NCBI RefSeq assembly: GCF_000143415.4
Contig: NW_003314264.1
Coordinates: 3,171,710 to 3,235,709 of the forward strand
Source of the DNA: Selaginella moellendorffii
Lineage: Eukaryota > Plantae > Lycopodiophyta
DNA: 64,000 nt
Reading direction: 5' to 3'
The stretch's first letter is position 1; every line of letters starts with the position of its first letter. The position numbers and the translations under genes are program-made. Shown piece after piece: positions 61,556 through 64,000 of this stretch. The notes beneath the pieces are model-generated. The model saw only the letters and a program-made list of their open reading frames with translations. It was not told where the DNA came from and ran no database searches.

Positions 61556-62832
61556 TCATAGGCGAATATACTCGGGGCCAGTGCCACCTTGTGACGAATC
61601 CGCCAGGCTCGTGTAGACGCAAATCTCGTTGTGAAGCTCCCAGCCCCAGTCCGCGGTGCGCGATACCACCATCCTTGGCCAGTGATTGATCCTCACAAAA
61701 TTACTCCTGGCGATGGAGTCGTGATCTTGGCCCTCGTCTTGGATGATGCTAAAGGTGCTCTCGTGCCCGCCCCAGACTGCGTCACCCGGCCCCGCGGTCT
61801 GGGAGCCATCGCTGTGGAAGAAGCGCTGCATTGGAGCCTCGCCCCGCCGGGAGGGATCCAGCTCCAGCCAGTACTGCGGCACAGTCTATAGACGAATTCA
61901 CCGAGTGAGAGGAGAGATCGTTCCAACGTCGTGAATTTCTCGCTTACGTCTTTGAAGCGATACTCCCAGCCGTGTTGGCAAAGATCTTCCAGAGTTATGG
62001 AGCACTGCATTTGCGAAGTTTTGAGATCGAACAACGAAAACTTCTGACGAACTTGTCTTACCCGTTTCGAGTCCTTCATGGAGATCCCATAAGCGGCCAC
62101 TTTGGATAAGCCGGGTAGCAGTGCCGCGGCAGGGATGTGTCTCTTCCCCTGCCATAAGCTTGCACACTACAAACACCAGGGAGTCAGTCCCAAGAAACCA
62201 TTTTGACAACCCCGAAAGGAAACGAAGAACAAGACCAAAAGGCCAGACAGCCACAGTTACTTACTATTTCGCGTCGATCACGAGTAGAATAAGGGCTTGC
62301 AATCTACAAAGCCAGGCCACAGCAAAGAAAAAAAAGAAAGAACACCACCACAGCAAGCTTGAGAAGAGAGGAAACAAAGACTCGGAGTTTTGCTTACCTT
62401 TGACACCCAAAGAGCGTCCGAGTGTGCCAGAGTTTTCCAGTCTTTGGATGTTACTCCACATCGTGCCAAGCTGAGTGCATCAAGTCGGACCATCACCAAG
62501 TGCAGGATATCGGGGCCCAAGAGCTTGAAAGGATCCTCCACAGTAGCGCTTCTCGTCGATCTGGCCTGGAAGATAATCCTTGGAGGCAATTCCGGAAGCT
62601 GGAACTTAGAGGACGAGCTTGGCCCGGCGATTGCCATGGAGTGAGCACTCGACCGGCGATAGACCGACTTGATATCGTCCCAAAAGGGATGCTGTGCCGT
62701 GTGGTACCTCAGGCAATCCGAGAAATCCCGGGAGTGGAGCTTGCAAATCGTCTGGCGACCAATGCGAGGATGATACAAGACGCTCGTGGGGCTCGCGTAT
62801 CCACCATCGTCCTTTCTTTCCACACTCTCCAT
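61556..62832 (-). CDS. F-box protein, multi-exon (start 62832 or 62637)
   Basis: DPFKLLGPDILHLVMVRLDALSLARCGVTSKDWKTLAHSDALW F-box; downstream ITLEDLC...WEYRFK, YWLELDP, WGGHES, VRINHWP, DWGWEL. Confidence 0.85.
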
Positions 62833-63361
62833 CGATCTGGAAGAATTGGATCTAAATCTCTCCCCCCACCGCGTTCTAGGGTACAAGAATTAGCTTGTTC
62901 TCAAGCCAGCCGCTGGCGGCGTCAATGGGATGCCCCGGAAGAAGATCGCAGCCCAGAGCCAGTGGATTGTAAGGACACACGCTCCCTGCGCTTGGCTTAT
63001 AAGCGGTGCCGATTGGCCGCTCCGTGGACGAATCGGAGCCGTGAGATCGCCCAAGAACAATCTTCTTGAAGCTTGACACTTGGCCACAGTGGAACAAGGT
63101 ATCGCCTGCGCTGCCGAGTGCTCATAGGCCGCGCCCATAAAAAAAGTTTTGGACACCACCACTGTCACGACAATGCTCGATCCAGCCAACGAAAATTGTC
63201 ACCGATCGCGAATCTCTAGATGGCTCCAGTGATCCGCCAGGGGCCACCGATCAATAAATCGTTTTCTTATCCCATAAATCTCGGGGGTTTTATAGGTCTA
63301 GAAGACTCTAGCGCGATCGCTCTTTAGTGCGATACATTCTATAGCATTGTCTAGGGTTGGA

Positions 63362-64000
63362 ATGGCTTGGCCATGGCGCGCTTTCCATCGCATTCTTGCT
63401 CCTCTAGAGCGATCGATCTTGCCGGCAGGAGCTGGCCTTCCCTCACGGTACTGTGATCTAAACCCTATCAATGAGGATTGAATCTCGCGTAGCGGTCAGG
63501 TTCCAGAATGCCACGACCAGCGGCAGGCTGGATCGATCGTCCCACCGGCACTTCCATTCCGATGAAGCATCGGCGGCCAGGGTCTCTCTCAAATCCAGGA
63601 AGCTGGAGGAGGTTGTCATCGCGATCGGGGGGAATATCGGCGACCGGGTCAGGAATTTCGACACGGCGCTGAGGATGATGCGAAGCTCTGGAATCCAGAT
63701 CAAGAAGCACGCCTGCCTGTACGAGACAGCGCCAATGCATTTGCTGGATCAGCCTCTCTTCCTCAACTCGGCCGTGACTGCCACAACGAGCCTGGATCCT
63801 CACGAGCTGCTGGTGGCCTTGAAGGAGATTGAGAGAAAGCTGGGGCGCAGCCAAGGTGGTGTCAAGTATGGACCGAGGCCGATCGATCTCGACATCATTT
63901 TCTACGGGGATTTGGAGCTCAGCTCGGAGAACTTGCGGGTTCCTCATCCTATGTTCTCTGGGAGGCCTTTCGTGCTGGCTCCGCTCCTCGATCTTCTTGG
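63362..64000 (+). CDS. HPPK domain, probably of the bifunctional HPPK/DHPS folate enzyme; 5' part only (absent from the ORF track because it runs off the end)
   Basis: Transit peptide, one intron, then VVIAIGGNIGDR, LYETAP, DQPLFLNSA, YGPRPIDLDIIFYG, VPHP, RPFVLAPLLDL. Confidence 0.92.

Overview
Gene-dense, intron-containing land-plant nuclear DNA. About 33 protein-coding loci lie in 64 kb, most introns are only ~45-70 nt, and coding regions are GC-rich. This pattern suggests a compact lycophyte genome such as Selaginella (inferred, not confirmed). Genes in order: YUCCA, DnaJ, SGT1, PLS-E PPR, two tandem SMP/LEA copies (one decayed), tRNA-Trp, an LHC-like/SEP gene missing from the ORF track, plastid RF1, an XLG-like Cys-rich protein, KIN17, an ER membrane protein, ClpT, a STUbL RING, a HEC-type bHLH, EBS7-like, an SPRP-motif membrane protein, VPS16, RPL26, SAUR, DUF72, RGLG, a trihelix fusion, a probable pseudogene, nsLTP, a propeller-like ORF, RPN5, an M14 carboxypeptidase, an sn-2 GPAT, a small plant protein, an F-box gene and partial HPPK/DHPS. 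The most striking feature is at 46071-48509. A SIP1/ASIL-type trihelix transcription factor is fused in frame, within one exon, to a complete bacterial-type DJ-1/PfpI domain of the isocyanide-hydratase (InhA) subfamily with its catalytic Asp/Cys/Thr intact. This is a candidate plant one-component sensor-regulator. Family assignments come from motif recognition and splice models were built by eye; no searches were run.
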